A DNA stretch of 64,000 nt from Capsulimonadaceae bacterium (GCA_965215505.1 OZ244065.1:1472001-1536000), one strand, 5' to 3'. Shown: positions 28,664 through 39,389, counted from the first letter of the stretch. Notes: a model not told the origin generated them from the sequence alone. Numbers and translations: made by a program.

Positions 28664-28805
28664 TGGCGTCCTCGCCGTCCAGCCGTGCGTTTCAACGCAT
28701 GGTCTGTCCGGCCATGGCTGGGTCTGACATGCAATCACGCTGGCGAGTAGTAGGGGGACAAGATTCGCATGGCGATTAGGCAGTCAGGTTTGGTATAATA
28801 CCCCC

Positions 28806-29744
28806 ATGGCAGGACACACGCATGGGGCGACGAGCGGGCGCGGGCTTTGGCTTTCACTGGGCCTGACGGTGGCTTTCGTCGGACTGGAAGCTTTCTTCGG
28901 GCTGCGCGCCCACTCGCTGGCACTCCTTTCGGACGCCGGACACAACGCGAGCGACGCGCTGGCGCTGGGCCTGGCGGCCTATGCGATCTGGGTGGCGCGG
29001 CGGCCGGCCACGCCCGGCAAGACGTTCGGCTACCACCGAGTCGCCATCCTGACCGCGCTGGCGAACGCCTCCGCCCTGGTCGTGATCGCGCTGGGCATCC
29101 TGCTGGGGGCTGCCGAAGCCTTCCGGCACCCGCAGCCCGTGTCCGGGAACCTGATGATGGCCGTCGCCGCCGGGGCCGTGTTCATGAACACCGTCATTGC
29201 CTGGAGCCTGCGCGGGGACAGCCACCACAGCCTGAACGCCCGCGCCGCCTATGTCCACATGGCCGGCGACGCGCTCTCCTCCCTGGGCGTCGTGCTGGCC
29301 GGCCTGGTCGTCCGCCTGACTGGGTGGACACTGGCCGACCCGCTCGTCTCCATCCTCATCGCCGGGTTCATCCTGTATTCGTCCTGGGGGATCATCGGCG
29401 ACGCCGCCAACATCCTGATGGAAGGCACGCCGAAGGGCGTAGACATCGCGGAACTCGTCGCCGCCGTCCGCGCCACGCCCCCCGTCTGCGACGTCCACGA
29501 TCTGCACGTCTGGACCGTCAGCGACGGCCTCCACTTCCTCTCCTGTCACGTTGTCCTGCCCGACGACTGCACCATTCTGGAAGGCCAGGCCGTTGTTTCC
29601 AGCCTGAACGCGCGCCTGCACGACGGCTTCGGCATCGGCCACGCCACCATCCAGACCGAAACCGCTGCCGGCGACGCCTGCCGCCACGACACCGACGCCC
29701 TCTACTGCGCCCTCCATCCGCACGAGGCCGGCTGCGGGCATTGA
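28806..29744 (+). CDS. Cation diffusion facilitator (CzcD/ZitB-like)
   Basis: SLALLSDAGHNASD, TFGYHR, HMAGD, VHDLHVW, HATIQ. Confidence 0.92.
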   Translation: MAGHTHGATSGRGLWLSLGLTVAFVGLEAFFGLRAHSLALLSDAGHNASDALALGLAAYAIWVARRPATPGKTFGYHRVAILTALANASALVVIALGILLGAAEAFRHPQPVSGNLMMAVAAGAVFMNTVIAWSLRGDSHHSLNARAAYVHMAGDALSSLGVVLAGLVVRLTGWTLADPLVSILIAGFILYSSWGIIGDAANILMEGTPKGVDIAELVAAVRATPPVCDVHDLHVWTVSDGLHFLSCHVVLPDDCTILEGQAVVSSLNARLHDGFGIGHATIQTETAAGDACRHDTDALYCALHPHEAGCGH

Positions 29745-29945
29745 TGGGACGGTGCAAAATATTTATTCGCACCCTATTGTATTTTTGCTCACATCGTCGT
29801 ATAATGGGATTAGCAGGCTAGAGGCGAAGCGGTAAATCCTCTCAGTGGCAGTCACGCAATCGGCCGGTGACCATTTTCCAGAGGCGTCTGCCAGCAAAAC
29901 ATACCGCGACAGTTGATTCTCTGCCTAGGAACGGACGACACTCCG

Positions 29946-29977
29946 TTCCACTTGTGCGGGAGACGTTTCCACTTGTG
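29946..29977 (+). promoter_or_regulatory. Direct repeat TTCCACTTGTG x2, 21-bp period
   Basis: Copies at 29946 and 29967, upstream of the 30009 gene. Confidence 0.4.
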
Positions 29978-30008
29978 ATGCAACTACGATCCACAGGAGA
30001 CGTCTGTC

Positions 30009-30437
30009 ATGAGTTCACTGTTCAAGCGCGCTTCACTCCCTCTGCTGGCGGCCACCGCCGCCTGCGCTCTCACCGCCTTTTCCTGCGTCCCCGCACGGGC
30101 CGCCACCGCCACATGGGACCCGTTCAATCACCCAGTGTCAGCACCATCTACTGTCCAGATGGCCGTGGACTGCAACATCACCGGCCCATACACCATGTTC
30201 AACACGGCGACTTTCTATGCGCAACTGCTTGGGGGCAGTAATTATGCCCTTAATGAGCAACTCAACGTCGACATCCAGGGCGGGATGGGCAACGACTACG
30301 TCGTCCCGCAGGACTACCTGATTGGCTACAGCGCCATCAATCACGGTACTTACAACTTCTGGTGCATTTGCAGCGGCGGGAACTCGGGCGGGGCGTGGTA
30401 TGCCTCCACGGGCGGCACCACTTACGCCTCTCTCTAG
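30009..30437 (+). CDS. Small secreted beta-rich hypothetical protein
   Basis: AGGAGA RBS; signal peptide ending PARA; mature part rich in N/G/T/Y with 3 Cys. Confidence 0.75.
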   Translation: MSSLFKRASLPLLAATAACALTAFSCVPARAATATWDPFNHPVSAPSTVQMAVDCNITGPYTMFNTATFYAQLLGGSNYALNEQLNVDIQGGMGNDYVVPQDYLIGYSAINHGTYNFWCICSGGNSGGAWYASTGGTTYASL

Positions 30438-30453
30438 CGCCAACCCCCCTCGC

Positions 30454-30526
30454 GAGCGCCCTGCTCATGAAGCAGGGCGCTCCCGCCGCCGCACGGGCCT
30501 CACCCATGCGGCGGCGGTTCTTCTTT
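30454..30526 (+). terminator. Two tandem hairpins, the second with a U-rich tail
   Basis: GAGCGCCCTGCT-CATGA-AGCAGGGCGCTC then CCGCCGCCGCA...TGCGGCGGCGG-TTCTTCTTT. Confidence 0.65.
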
Positions 30527-30564
30527 CCCAGTCGTGTGTTATCCTTCCTCCCAGGAGGCCCGCC

Positions 30565-32797
30565 ATGAACAGACCGTCAGCCCACATCCCTCGATGGCTC
30601 CGCCCACAGACGGCACTTTTCCTGCTCCTACTTGTCGCTTGTCCCGGCCCCGCCCTTGCCCAGAAGACTGCGGCTCCCCCCGCCATGGTGACGCCCCCGG
30701 CAGCGCCCGCACCACCAGCCCCGGCCACCCTGCCGCCCCCCGCCCTCACGCAGAAGGAGATGCTGGCCCAGGACGCCCGCCTGGACCGGCCCATATCCTT
30801 AGATGTCATCAGCGTCCCGCTCAATGAAGTACTCCAGAAGGAGAGCCTGGACAAGAGTACGGACAAGATGGAGGACGGGCACCGGTTCCTGCTCACCGCC
30901 GCCACCGACTGCGCCGACCTCAAGCTCCAGGTCCGGCTCAACAACCGGCCTCTGCGGACCCTGATGACGGCCCTGGCCGAGATGGTGCCGGGCGTCTGGA
31001 CCCGCACCCCGCACGGCTACCAGCTTGCGATGGCTAAGCAGGCCGCCGACGCCCGCGCCGAGTGGTGGCGTCTGTTCTTGGGGGAGCGCGAGAAGTCGCT
31101 GGCCTTGCAGCGGCAGGCGGTGCTGGCCGCTATGGAGACCAAGGCCCACCGGCGTCAGGCGGGCGACCCGGACCCGGAGCAGTCGGACCGGGCGGTGGAA
31201 GAGGACATGGCGAACCAGCACGACTTCTTCTACTCCTTGCCCGAGTCGCTGAAGCAGCAGATCGCCGCCAACATGGACGAGGGCGGCTTCTACGACATGA
31301 AAGACATGGCATACAGCAACATCGGCGAGCAGAGTGGGACGTTCGGCTGGCTGTCGCAGATGTCGCCGCAGACGCAGGAGCGCTTCAAGCAGGCGATGCA
31401 GGCCGGCGTGGACCGTCTTGCCCAGGCCCCGCCTGACCTCCAGAAGTACGCGGTGCAGGCGCGCAAGGACGTGGCGGCCTTCGACCCGAACCGCGTCTAC
31501 TTCTGGTTCGTCAACGGGGGGATGGGGGTCATCGCCACGCCCATCAACAGCCCGCCGGGGGCCAACCAAGTACTCGGCCTGCAAGCCCCCCGGATCATCG
31601 CCACATCGGTCCTGTCGCTGGACCAGACGCAACTGGTGGATGAGGTGTACGGGAGCGGCGACACCTCGCCGGGGTGGAAGCACGAGGCCAACAAGATACT
31701 AGACATGGGAGACGCGGCGACCCCGGAGCTGATGCTGATGGTCTATCACGTCTACGGGATGGGCCGCGCCGCCGGAGTGGAAGCAGCTTGCGGACTACCA
31801 GCGCTCCCGCGTCTGGCCCAACACCCTGCCCAAACTGATTCCCGAGGACCGGCACGTCTGGCGGCCCAAAATCAGCCGGGCGGCGCAGATTGACTGGCTG
31901 GGCGAGCAGGGGCACATGGAGTACGTCTGCGACTACTACTCGCACGGCGGCTACGAGATGCCCGCCGAGCAGAAGAAGCTGCCGGTGAAGCGCCCCCTAG
32001 CGACCGAGCTGGACGAAATGGCGGCCAAGCGGGACGTGAGCTGGACCAAGGACGCCGACGGCGTGTACCTGGTGCGCGACAACCGCTGGTATCGGAACGA
32101 CGGCCTGGAGGTGCCCCAGCCGCTGCTGCGGCGCTGGTTCGGGGCACTGCTCCAGGCGCGTCGCGCCCAGATCGCCCGCCAGGCGGCAGCCGCCCCGGCC
32201 TCCACATCGGTGCCGCCGTCCCCGGCGGAGTGGACGGCGGCGCTCAAGCAGAACTGGGATTGGGTGGCCGAGGTGTACAGTACCTTGACGCCGTGGCAGA
32301 TCAGGAACGGCCTGTCCCTGTTCCAGCCGGAGGAGAAGGACCTGGCCGGGCTGAACGACGCCACCGAGGCGAAGCTCAACGAGAAGCTGAAGCACTACGT
32401 CCCGGAGCCGGAGGAGGTCATCCTTCCAGGCACCGACCGCTTCGCGGAGGAAAGCCGGATACCCCCGCTCTGGTGGGCCGTGAACGCGCTAAAGGGGTTC
32501 CCGCACACGGCGCAGTTCTACGGGAGCCTGGACGACGCGGGGCGGACGGCGCTGCTGGAAGGGCGGCTGTCTCCGACATCGCTGAGTCCCTCGCAGATGG
32601 CACAGGCGGCGTCCTTGCAGCCGCTTCTGGCCCAGGCCATGCAGAGCTTCCCCATAGACTCGCTCTCCTTGCGCCTGCTCCCGCGCGCCTCTTCTCCCTC
32701 CCGCCTCGCTCCTGGGGAGGTGCCGGAGGTGGACCTTCGGGTCATCACGCCGACGCAGGCCGCTCCCCCGGAGGCCCCGCCGCCGAGCATCCCCTAG
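30565..32797 (+). pseudogene. Large secreted hypothetical protein, frameshifted near 31765 (paralogue of 53006-55138)
   Basis: AGGAGG RBS; similarity to the intact paralogue switches frame at ATG GGC C GCG CCG CCG GAG TGG AAG (paralogue reads MGESAPDEWK); could be an assembly error. Confidence 0.8.
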
Positions 32798-32832
32798 AAC
32801 AAGGACCGAGCGAACCGCGCCGGGGTTAGGTC

Positions 32833-32967
32833 CTAATGCTTGACGTAGTAGTAGCCGACGACGAGCATGATGACGCAGGCCATCGTCCACCAGTGGCCCG
32901 TCGTGATGCGCCGGGCGAACAGGCCAAGGCAGGCGGCGAAGAAGAGGATGGGCAGGATGATGTTCAT
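32833..32967 (-). CDS. 44-aa two-TM membrane peptide
   Basis: ATGA overlap with GT2 stop; MNIILPILFFAACLGLFARRITTGHWWTMACVIMLVVGYYYVKH. Confidence 0.65.
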   Translation of the reverse strand: MNIILPILFFAACLGLFARRITTGHWWTMACVIMLVVGYYYVKH

Positions 32968-34322
32968 GGACTCGCGGCCTCGGCGGCGGACGAGGCGCGG
33001 GCGGGCGCGGGGATGATGGGCGACGCGGTGGGCGGCGCGGTAACGGGTTGGTTGGACGCGAGGGGCGCGCGCTCCGTCCTTATCCACTCGTCCGCCCCGG
33101 CTTTACGCCCACGACGTGCCGACCCCGAGAGCGCCAGGGCGAACTTCCAGGCCATGTAGAAGGGCGCGCGGAGCAGGGCGGCGAAGGCTTCAGGCGGGGC
33201 ACCGGCCACGCGCAGGCCGCCCAGGATGTAGGCCAGCAGGCCTGCGCCCGTCAGGCCGACGGCGCAGAGCCACACGGCCGGGTGCGGCAGCAGGTGCAGC
33301 GCCGTCCCCAGCAGGGCCACGCCGGACCAGGCCAGCGTCAGCGCGCTCAGTTCGGCAAGCGGCGGCACCAGGAGGTCAAGCCCCATGTCGGCCAGGAGCC
33401 GGTTTCGACCCCGCACCCCTTCCCACAGCAGCGGCAGCGCGCGCTCCCGCACCAGTTTCAGCCGCCCGCGCTCCCAGCGCGACCTCTGCGAGCCGGCCTG
33501 GGCGGCCTCCGTCGGCATCTGCGCCAGGACCCGCGCCTCGTGCGCGTAGCCGACCCGCAGGTCCATCCGCCGCGCGAGTTCCAGGCCGTAGTCCAGGTCT
33601 TCCGTCAGGCTGCCCCCCGGCCAGGGCTGGGCGGCGGCGACGGCCCGCGTGAAGGCCATGCCGTTCCCCTTCAGCCCCACGCTCAGTTTCAGGGCCTCCC
33701 GACCCAGCGGCTTGACGTGGTTGACCAGGTCGAAGGCCGCCGCCATCAGGCCCGCCCGCCAGCTCTCCCCGAAGTTCAGCACCCCGTAGCGGCCCTGCCA
33801 GGCCGCAAGCCCGTCCGCGCCCCCGGCCGACTGGAGGCGGGCGTTCATGCGCGAGAGGAAGTCCGGGGCCACCCAGGTGTCGGCGTCCACGATGACGAAT
33901 CCCTCGGGCGGTGAGGGCAGAGAAAGCAGGTGCGCGACGGCGTGATTCAGGGCATAGCCCTTGCCCCGCTCCTGCGCGTGGGTGCGCTCCAGGACGGTCG
34001 CCCCGCGAGCGCCGGCCAGGGCCGCCGTCGCGTCGGCGCAGTTGTCGGCGACGACGATCACCTGGAAGCACCCCGCCGGGTAGTCCTGTTTGCCCAGGCT
34101 GTCCAGCGTCCCGGCCAGCACCAGCTCCTCGTCGTGCGCGGGGACGATCACGGCGAGGTCGAGCGGACGGGCCGGCCGGGCGGGCGGGGCGAAGCGCCGG
34201 GCGGTCAGGGCGGCGGCCAGCAGCGACAGCAGGAAGGCGACGCTTGCGACGGAGGCCAGCCCGACGGCCGCAGTCAGGAGGTCAAAAAGGAGAATGGGCA
34301 GGGGAATGTGCATCCCGATCAC
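32964..34322 (-). CDS. GT2 family membrane glycosyltransferase
   Basis: VIVPAHDEE, VVADNC.D, GKGYALN, VDADT, TED, QRSRW (QxxRW). Confidence 0.9.
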   Translation of the reverse strand: MIGMHIPLPILLFDLLTAAVGLASVASVAFLLSLLAAALTARRFAPPARPARPLDLAVIVPAHDEELVLAGTLDSLGKQDYPAGCFQVIVVADNCADATAALAGARGATVLERTHAQERGKGYALNHAVAHLLSLPSPPEGFVIVDADTWVAPDFLSRMNARLQSAGGADGLAAWQGRYGVLNFGESWRAGLMAAAFDLVNHVKPLGREALKLSVGLKGNGMAFTRAVAAAQPWPGGSLTEDLDYGLELARRMDLRVGYAHEARVLAQMPTEAAQAGSQRSRWERGRLKLVRERALPLLWEGVRGRNRLLADMGLDLLVPPLAELSALTLAWSGVALLGTALHLLPHPAVWLCAVGLTGAGLLAYILGGLRVAGAPPEAFAALLRAPFYMAWKFALALSGSARRGRKAGADEWIRTERAPLASNQPVTAPPTASPIIPAPARASSAAEAASP

Positions 34323-35332
34323 GCTTTCGCGGCCCGCTTCCGCAGCCAGGCCGGGCCGGACGTCTTAACACGGTTGAGGGTGACGCCAATCACCTTGTCG
34401 CGCCCCAGCGCGTCGAGCGCCTGCACGACCACGTCGCGCGGCGTCGCCCCGGCGCGGGCGACGACCAGCAGGCCGTCCATGTGCCGGGTCAGCGGGAGGG
34501 CGTTGTCGGAGGCGACCGAGGGCATGTCCACGATTACGACGTCGAAGGCCATCCGGGCCGAGATGATAAGCTGCGCCACGCGCGGCGACCGGGCCAGGCG
34601 AGCGGCGTTCGCCGGCGACTTGCCGGCGGGGATGATGACCAGGTTGTCGCATCCGGCGAGCTGCAAGGTGGGCACGACGTTGTTGCTGTCCTCCAGGACC
34701 GGCACGACGCCCTCGCCCCGCGCGGGAACACCCAGGCGTGTCGCCAGGTCCCCTTTGCCCAGACTCATGTCAATGAGGCAGACGCGCTTGAATGTGTCCC
34801 GCGCGATCGTCATCGCCAGGTGGAGCGCGACCGTCGTCTTCCCCTCCCCCAGCACGGCGCTCGTGACCCCCAGCACATAGGGACGCTCCGACCCCAGCGT
34901 CTCGCCGCTGATCAGGGTGACGTCGCCGACGCCGGCGATCTGCCGCTCCAGGGAGGCGTACAGGTGGCTGAACTCGGTGGGCGTCTTCTCCACGCGCAGG
35001 TTGATGAGCGGCGCTGAGGACCGCACCGGGGCGTTCTCCTCGCCCGGCGCTGGGGCGGCAGGGAACTCCTCGGGCCGTAGAGTCCGGTCGGGCCGGTCAT
35101 GGCCGGCGTGGTCGAGCGCGGCGCGGTCCATCAGGATGGTCGTCTCGAACGAGTTCGCCTCGGACGGGTCACTCCCCCCCTCGGCCCGGTCCGCGCGCAG
35201 GCCCAGCGCGGGCGCGGCCTCGCGGGCCTGCCGCAGCAGGGCCGCCATTTCCTCGCCGCGCAGGGTCCGGCCCGGCCGCTCCGGGGCCAGGGGCGTCTCG
35301 TCCAAGCCGGGAACATTCAGTCGGTCAGTCAT
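34319..35332 (-). CDS. CpsD/CapB (Wzc C-terminal-like) P-loop kinase/ATPase
   Basis: VTSAVLGEGKTTVA..LA, LIDM, FDVVIVDMP, DGLLVVARAG.T, GVTLN. Confidence 0.85.
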   Translation of the reverse strand: MTDRLNVPGLDETPLAPERPGRTLRGEEMAALLRQAREAAPALGLRADRAEGGSDPSEANSFETTILMDRAALDHAGHDRPDRTLRPEEFPAAPAPGEENAPVRSSAPLINLRVEKTPTEFSHLYASLERQIAGVGDVTLISGETLGSERPYVLGVTSAVLGEGKTTVALHLAMTIARDTFKRVCLIDMSLGKGDLATRLGVPARGEGVVPVLEDSNNVVPTLQLAGCDNLVIIPAGKSPANAARLARSPRVAQLIISARMAFDVVIVDMPSVASDNALPLTRHMDGLLVVARAGATPRDVVVQALDALGRDKVIGVTLNRVKTSGPAWLRKRAAKA

Positions 35333-35340
35333 GGCAGTCA

Positions 35341-36867
35341 CTATCCTTCGGGAGCGGGCAGCGTGGGCAGGCCCCCGCCGCCCAGGGCGCGGCGGGCGGA
35401 CGTGCGGAGTTCGGCGGACTCGGGCAGGGCGGCCAGGATGGGGACGCCCAGCAGCCGCTCGGCGTCGCCCTCGTACCGTAGGGAGTGGTCAGACCACTCA
35501 CTCAGCACAATGAGGATGACGCCCACGACGCACCCGAGGAGCAGGCTGCCCAGCAGCATGGCGATCAGCTTGGTCTTGCCGGTCGTCGGCGTCGCATAGA
35601 TGGGGCCGCCTGGAAGAAGGACGGTATCAGCCTCGATTTTCTCCAGGGCATTTTTCGACTCGATGGCGCGCTGCGTGGCCGTCAGGTCATTGTAGTGACT
35701 CGACAGACCCGCATAGTCGCGCGTCTTGTCGGCGAGTTCCTTCTCGGCAGCAGGGATCTTGTCCATGAGGAGCTGATACTTGGCGATCTGCTGGTTCAGG
35801 TTCTGCATCTCCTCCTGGTCGGTGACCTCTTGGATGCTCGCGTCCGTGATTAGCCCCTTCAAAACCTGGTACTGCGGGTTGTCCTGCATCTTGGTCTGCG
35901 TGTCGTGCTGGTTCTCGGGCGAGCTGCCGTTGCGCGACTGTAGCTGAAGGTTTTTAATCTCCGTGTCCAGTCGCACCACGTCGGGGTGCTGCGGCGTCTT
36001 CCCACTGGCCAGCATGGTCGCGCGCTGCGCCAGGATGACCCCGATCTCCTGCTGCATGGGCGACTGGTCCGAAACGGTCTGCTCGGCGACGCTCATCGGC
36101 TTCATCTGGGCGAGTTCCACTTCCAGCGCGTGCCTCTTGCTGGCGCTCTCACCCAGGGTGATCCGCTTGTCGGCGAGCTGCGCTTTCAGACTGCCCAGCT
36201 CGCTGCTGTCCGTACTCTCCGCGTCCGACAGTTGGCCGTTGTTCGTGCGCTTGAAATCCGCGAGGGCGTCCTCGGCCTTGTGCATCTTTTTCGTGACGTC
36301 GGCGATCTGGGTGGTGAGGAAGCTGGAGGTCCGTTCGCCCAGGGCGGTGCGGTCGGCATTGACCTCGGCGATGTAGTGGCTCCGGAGCGCGCCGAGGATG
36401 CTGACTGCTTCATCCCCGTTGTCCCAGGTCAGGCTGAGGGAAAACTGGTTTGCGCTGTCGGGATAGGCACTGAGGTTCTTTTGGAGCATAGCATAGCGCG
36501 GGTCGTCAGCCTGCGGGTTCAGATCAATGGGCTTGATCTTGGGGGGTCTGCCATCCGTCGGGGCATACAGAGGCTTCAGCGCCGTGGCCAGAAATCCGTC
36601 AGGCCCATTGATTTTAATCAAGTCGTTAAAGCGGTCTATGTGTTTCTGGGACGGCGGAATCCAGCTGTTCGCATCGCCCTGCCCAAGAACGTCCGCGACG
36701 CTCTGCGGCTGGACCTGCGTCATGGCCGTAGCGTGGAACGTCTTCGAGCGCGCGTAGAGGGCCGCCATCGTCAGGCTGCTGACGATCACCAGGGCGCTCC
36801 AGAAGAGGAGCTGGTGCCGAAAGAACGAGTCCACGATGCGGAGGAGGATTGGGGTACGCCGGTACAT
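35341..36867 (-). CDS. Polysaccharide co-polymerase (Wzz/GumC-like)
   Basis: Two TM segments flanking a long coiled coil; TPQHPDV; LLGVPILAALP. Confidence 0.8.
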   Translation of the reverse strand: MYRRTPILLRIVDSFFRHQLLFWSALVIVSSLTMAALYARSKTFHATAMTQVQPQSVADVLGQGDANSWIPPSQKHIDRFNDLIKINGPDGFLATALKPLYAPTDGRPPKIKPIDLNPQADDPRYAMLQKNLSAYPDSANQFSLSLTWDNGDEAVSILGALRSHYIAEVNADRTALGERTSSFLTTQIADVTKKMHKAEDALADFKRTNNGQLSDAESTDSSELGSLKAQLADKRITLGESASKRHALEVELAQMKPMSVAEQTVSDQSPMQQEIGVILAQRATMLASGKTPQHPDVVRLDTEIKNLQLQSRNGSSPENQHDTQTKMQDNPQYQVLKGLITDASIQEVTDQEEMQNLNQQIAKYQLLMDKIPAAEKELADKTRDYAGLSSHYNDLTATQRAIESKNALEKIEADTVLLPGGPIYATPTTGKTKLIAMLLGSLLLGCVVGVILIVLSEWSDHSLRYEGDAERLLGVPILAALPESAELRTSARRALGGGGLPTLPAPEG

Positions 36868-36978
36868 CTGCTGCTGTTTCTCCTGGCTTTCACTGCCATG
36901 CTTTCACCGCTATTGTCGGCACGGGAAGGCGATTTTCTCACCCCACCGGCGTCCGGGCCTATTTAAAACGCGGCGGGG

Positions 36979-37010
36979 CTAGTGGAATTACTAGTTTTTA
37001 TATTATAACA
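36979..37010 (-). promoter_or_regulatory. Extended -10 promoter (TGtTATAAT) with downstream palindrome CTAGT-N6-ACTAG
   Basis: AT-rich intergenic region upstream of the co-polymerase gene. Confidence 0.5.
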
Positions 37011-37076
37011 CGGAATACAGCTGATGGTGACGAGGATACTGTTAATAAAGTTCCCCGGCACACCGAGAGGGGAAGG

Positions 37077-37829
37077 TCAGTAAGCCCCCTCCGCGCGCAG
37101 CACGGCGGGGATGGTCATCAGCAGGATGCGGAAGTACAGGCCGATGGACTGGTGTTCGATGTAGTACAGGTCCAGCTCGATGGAGCGCTCGAAGCTGAGG
37201 GAGGCGCGGCCCGAGACCTGCCACAAGCCGGTGACGCCCGGCACGCCAATCAGGCGCTGGCGCTGGCGGGCGGTGTAGGCCGCCGTCTCCTTGGGGAGCG
37301 CGGGGCGCGGCCCGACGAGGCTCATCTCGCCCTTGAGGACGTTCAGCAGTTGGGGCAGTTCGTCCAGGGAGAACTTCCGCAGGACGCGCCCGACGCGGGT
37401 GATGCGTGGGTCGTTCCGCATCTTGAAGACCGGCCCGGAGCGCTCGTTGTGCATCTCCAGCAGGTGCCGCTTGCTCTCGGCGTCGGAGACCATCGAGCGG
37501 AACTTGTAGAACCAGAACTCCTCGCCGTCCAGTCCGACCCGCTTCTGCTTGAACAGGACCGGGCCGGGGCTGTCCAGCTTGATGCACAGGGCGATGACGC
37601 CGAAGACGGGCAGGATCAGCAAAAGGCCCAGCACGGTGAAGAGGACATCCAGCACCCGCTGAACGGTCTTCACCCCCCCACGGCGCGCGGAGACGCCGCG
37701 CAGCAGCAGGGAATCGCCGCCCCCGCGCGGGGCGGAAGCGGCGCGCGCGTCGGCGTGACGTTCCCGGTGGGCTTCGCGGTATCCGGCGGCGGCCTCCAGG
37801 CCGGGTTCATTGTAGCGGGGCGTTTTCAT
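37077..37829 (-). CDS. Priming sugar phosphotransferase (bacterial sugar transferase family)
   Basis: DSPGPVLFKQ.R.G, YKFRSM, DPRITRVG..LRKFSLDELPQL.NVL.GEMSLVGPRP; start 37829 follows TAAACT-N7 (alternative 37949). Confidence 0.9.
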   Translation of the reverse strand: MKTPRYNEPGLEAAAGYREAHRERHADARAASAPRGGGDSLLLRGVSARRGGVKTVQRVLDVLFTVLGLLLILPVFGVIALCIKLDSPGPVLFKQKRVGLDGEEFWFYKFRSMVSDAESKRHLLEMHNERSGPVFKMRNDPRITRVGRVLRKFSLDELPQLLNVLKGEMSLVGPRPALPKETAAYTARQRQRLIGVPGVTGLWQVSGRASLSFERSIELDLYYIEHQSIGLYFRILLMTIPAVLRAEGAY

Positions 37830-38338
37830 AGGCTCTAGTTTAGGCTCTGATCTCGGTGGGGCGCTTTCGTCTGCCTGCGGGCGTGTCCCGGCGGCGGGGC
37901 CGTCCCCGCCGCGGTCCGGGCCGCCGGAGAACAACCTTGCAAGATTCATGCCAAACGGCGCGCGGCCCAACATATCCGGCGTTTTTCCTTACATTCCGTG
38001 TGGCAGGCAGGCTTAAGGGCGGGAAAAGGTGCCGCCTCGGGCGGCCTGCCGCCCTGGACAATCATCGGGAGTTTCCGTCATAAACTGGAACGGGAAGGGA
38101 ACGGATTCGGGAGACGGACTCGGGACAGGCCCGGCGCGCGGCGTCGCTCGCCTCATTATGCACCCGCAGCACGGCCCCCGTCTGTAACCCAGCCGCCTAA
38201 ATCGCCGCGCGCGCCGGGGCGGACAGGGGAGAAAAGACTGGAAAGGCGAGCGCCCATCAGGTAGAATAGAGTCGGCGCGAACTTTCGACCGAGAAACATT
38301 CCTACCGAGAACTGCGCTAAGGAGAACACAACCAAACC

Positions 38339-39337
38339 ATGGGAGCGATCCTCGTCACCGGCGGTGCCGGCTACATCGGCAGTCATACGTCCAAGCTGCT
38401 GCTCCAGAAGGGCTACGACGTCGTCATCCTGGATACCCTGGAGCTTGGTCACCGGCAGGTCCTGGACTATCTGCCCGGCGCGAAGCTCGTCCAGGGCGAC
38501 ATCGGCGACGGTGCCCTGGTCGCGAATACGATCAAGGACAACGACATCGACTCGGTCATCCACTTCGCCGCCTACGCCTCGGTCCCCGACAGCGTCGCCG
38601 ACCCGGTGAAGTATTACCAGAACAACATCACCAAGACGCTCACCCTGCTCGATGCCCTGAACGCGCAGGGAGTCAAACACGTTTTGTTCTCCTCCTCGGC
38701 GGCCACCTTCGGCGAGACGAAGTACGTCCCCATCGACGAGAAACACCCGCAGTTCCCGACCAACCCCTACGGCCAGACCAAACTCGACGCCGAACACATC
38801 CTGCACTGGTACGACGTTGCCTTCGGCATCAAGAGCATCTCCCTCCGCTACTTCTGCGCCGCCGGGGCGGACCCCGAGGGCGAACTCGGCGAGGACCACA
38901 CGCCCGAGACGCACATGATCCCCCTGACCCTCTTCGCCGCCCTGGGCCGCCGCCCGGACATCAAGATGTTCGGCACCGACTACCCCACCCCCGACGGGAC
39001 CGGCGTCCGCGACTACATCCACGTCACCGATCTCGGCCAGGCCCACATCCTCGGCCTGGAAGCCCTCAAAAACGGTGCCCCCACGAACGCCTACAACCTC
39101 GGCAACGGCAAAGGCTACTCCGTCCGCGAGGTCATCGAGACCGGCCGCAAGGTCACCGGCAAGCCCATCACCGCCACCGAAGCCCCCCGCCGCCCCGGCG
39201 ACCCTGCCGAACTCGTCGCGACGAGCGCCAAGATCGAAAAGGAGCTAGGCTGGAAGCCCCAGTACGGCGACCTCCCCACCATGATGCGGACCGCCTACGA
39301 GTGGTTCGAGAACCACCCCAACGGCTACGAGGGGTAA
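38339..39337 (+). CDS. galE: UDP-glucose 4-epimerase
   Basis: VTGGAGYIGSH, HFAA, YGQTK, GEDHTPETH, DYPTPDGTGVRDYIHV, RRPGDP. Confidence 0.95.
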   Translation: MGAILVTGGAGYIGSHTSKLLLQKGYDVVILDTLELGHRQVLDYLPGAKLVQGDIGDGALVANTIKDNDIDSVIHFAAYASVPDSVADPVKYYQNNITKTLTLLDALNAQGVKHVLFSSSAATFGETKYVPIDEKHPQFPTNPYGQTKLDAEHILHWYDVAFGIKSISLRYFCAAGADPEGELGEDHTPETHMIPLTLFAALGRRPDIKMFGTDYPTPDGTGVRDYIHVTDLGQAHILGLEALKNGAPTNAYNLGNGKGYSVREVIETGRKVTGKPITATEAPRRPGDPAELVATSAKIEKELGWKPQYGDLPTMMRTAYEWFENHPNGYEG

Positions 39338-39389
39338 ATCGAGGCAAAGAGGCAGAGAGGAAGGAGGGCCGGGGGGACGACGCATCCGC

